Origin: Prorocentrum cordatum
Taxonomy: Eukaryota
Direction of reading: 5' to 3'
Assembly (NCBI GenBank): GCA_963575745.1
Contig: CAUYUJ010000003.1
Location: 806,001 to 870,000 of the forward strand
DNA length: 64,000 nucleotides
Below, piece by piece: positions 63,801-64,000 of this stretch. The notes beneath the pieces were generated by a model. The model saw nothing but the letters and a program-made list of their open reading frames with translations. It had not been told where the DNA came from and searched no databases. Position 1 is the stretch's first letter; every line of letters starts with the position of its first letter. The translations under genes were made by a program, and so were the position numbers.

Positions 63801-64000
63801 ACCCGGCGTGCCGGAGGCTGTCATAGCTGCTGTAAAGGTTGCCGTAATGTTTTTCGTGTTTGGTGTAGGAATCGTCGCCGGGTTCGGCGCACCTCCAAGC
63901 GGTCGAATTCATGTCAGCCCTCGGAGCGGGAGTACCCCTCACCACAAGATCTGGGCAAAATCTTAAGACATCTTCCGCACCAAGTGGGCTCTGTGGATCT
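60900..64000 (-). mobile_element. Decayed non-LTR retrotransposon (LINE): RT plus C-terminal zinc-knuckle region, 5' part beyond the window
   Basis: QVHLAK..RLRPIAVACAVVRAW; QKGGMRGRS; SAFDRVD; SLPQGGSASAL; LCTHADDCAIVA (after MITE removal); TNVAKTQ; MKALG; RLQRIAHSPL; CSRC...H.WE; LTRRIGWP. Many stops and frameshifts. Confidence 0.9.
62369..62562. mobile_element. 194-bp MITE with imperfect TIRs of about 55 bp and a 5-bp TSD (GCATG)
   Basis: TCGGGAGCGGCCAAGAGGGGGGTG...GGGGGGGTGCAAATCATG versus the reverse complement of the right end, TCGGGGACGGAAAAGAGGGGGGTG...GGGGGGGTGGATATCATG. GCATG at 62364-62368 and 62563-62567. Confidence 0.9.

Overview
This is eukaryotic, GC-rich, repeat-dominated DNA, most likely from a dinoflagellate. 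That call is an inference from a near-perfect dinoflagellate spliced leader at 46017-46038 and from exon chains that need GT, GC and GA donors. Most long ORFs in the track are microsatellite or minisatellite artefacts. The real host coding signal appears to be a set of short exons (about 26-194 nt) on the minus strand, scattered from about 60.7 kb to the left edge. I joined these by hand into several phase-compatible, stop-free chains; the best has 19 exons at 29970-40055. They may be one giant gene or a co-oriented gene block. The encoded protein appears to contain an internally duplicated module and loosely resembles the helical domain of 5hmU-DNA kinase / aGPT-Pplase1 proteins; this is a hypothesis only. 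The introns hold: a decayed Ty1/copia element (integrase remnant, RT, RNase H); a decayed Gag-like polyprotein element with a Nudix-like domain that truncates the copia element; an SL-capped, TSD-flanked processed retrocopy of a DUF3431-like gene; MITEs and foldback elements; and many satellites, including a 6.7-kb AGATCT array. A LINE at the right edge has a MITE inserted in its RT catalytic motif. I found no rRNA, tRNA or CRISPR array. All gene models are by eye and unverified.
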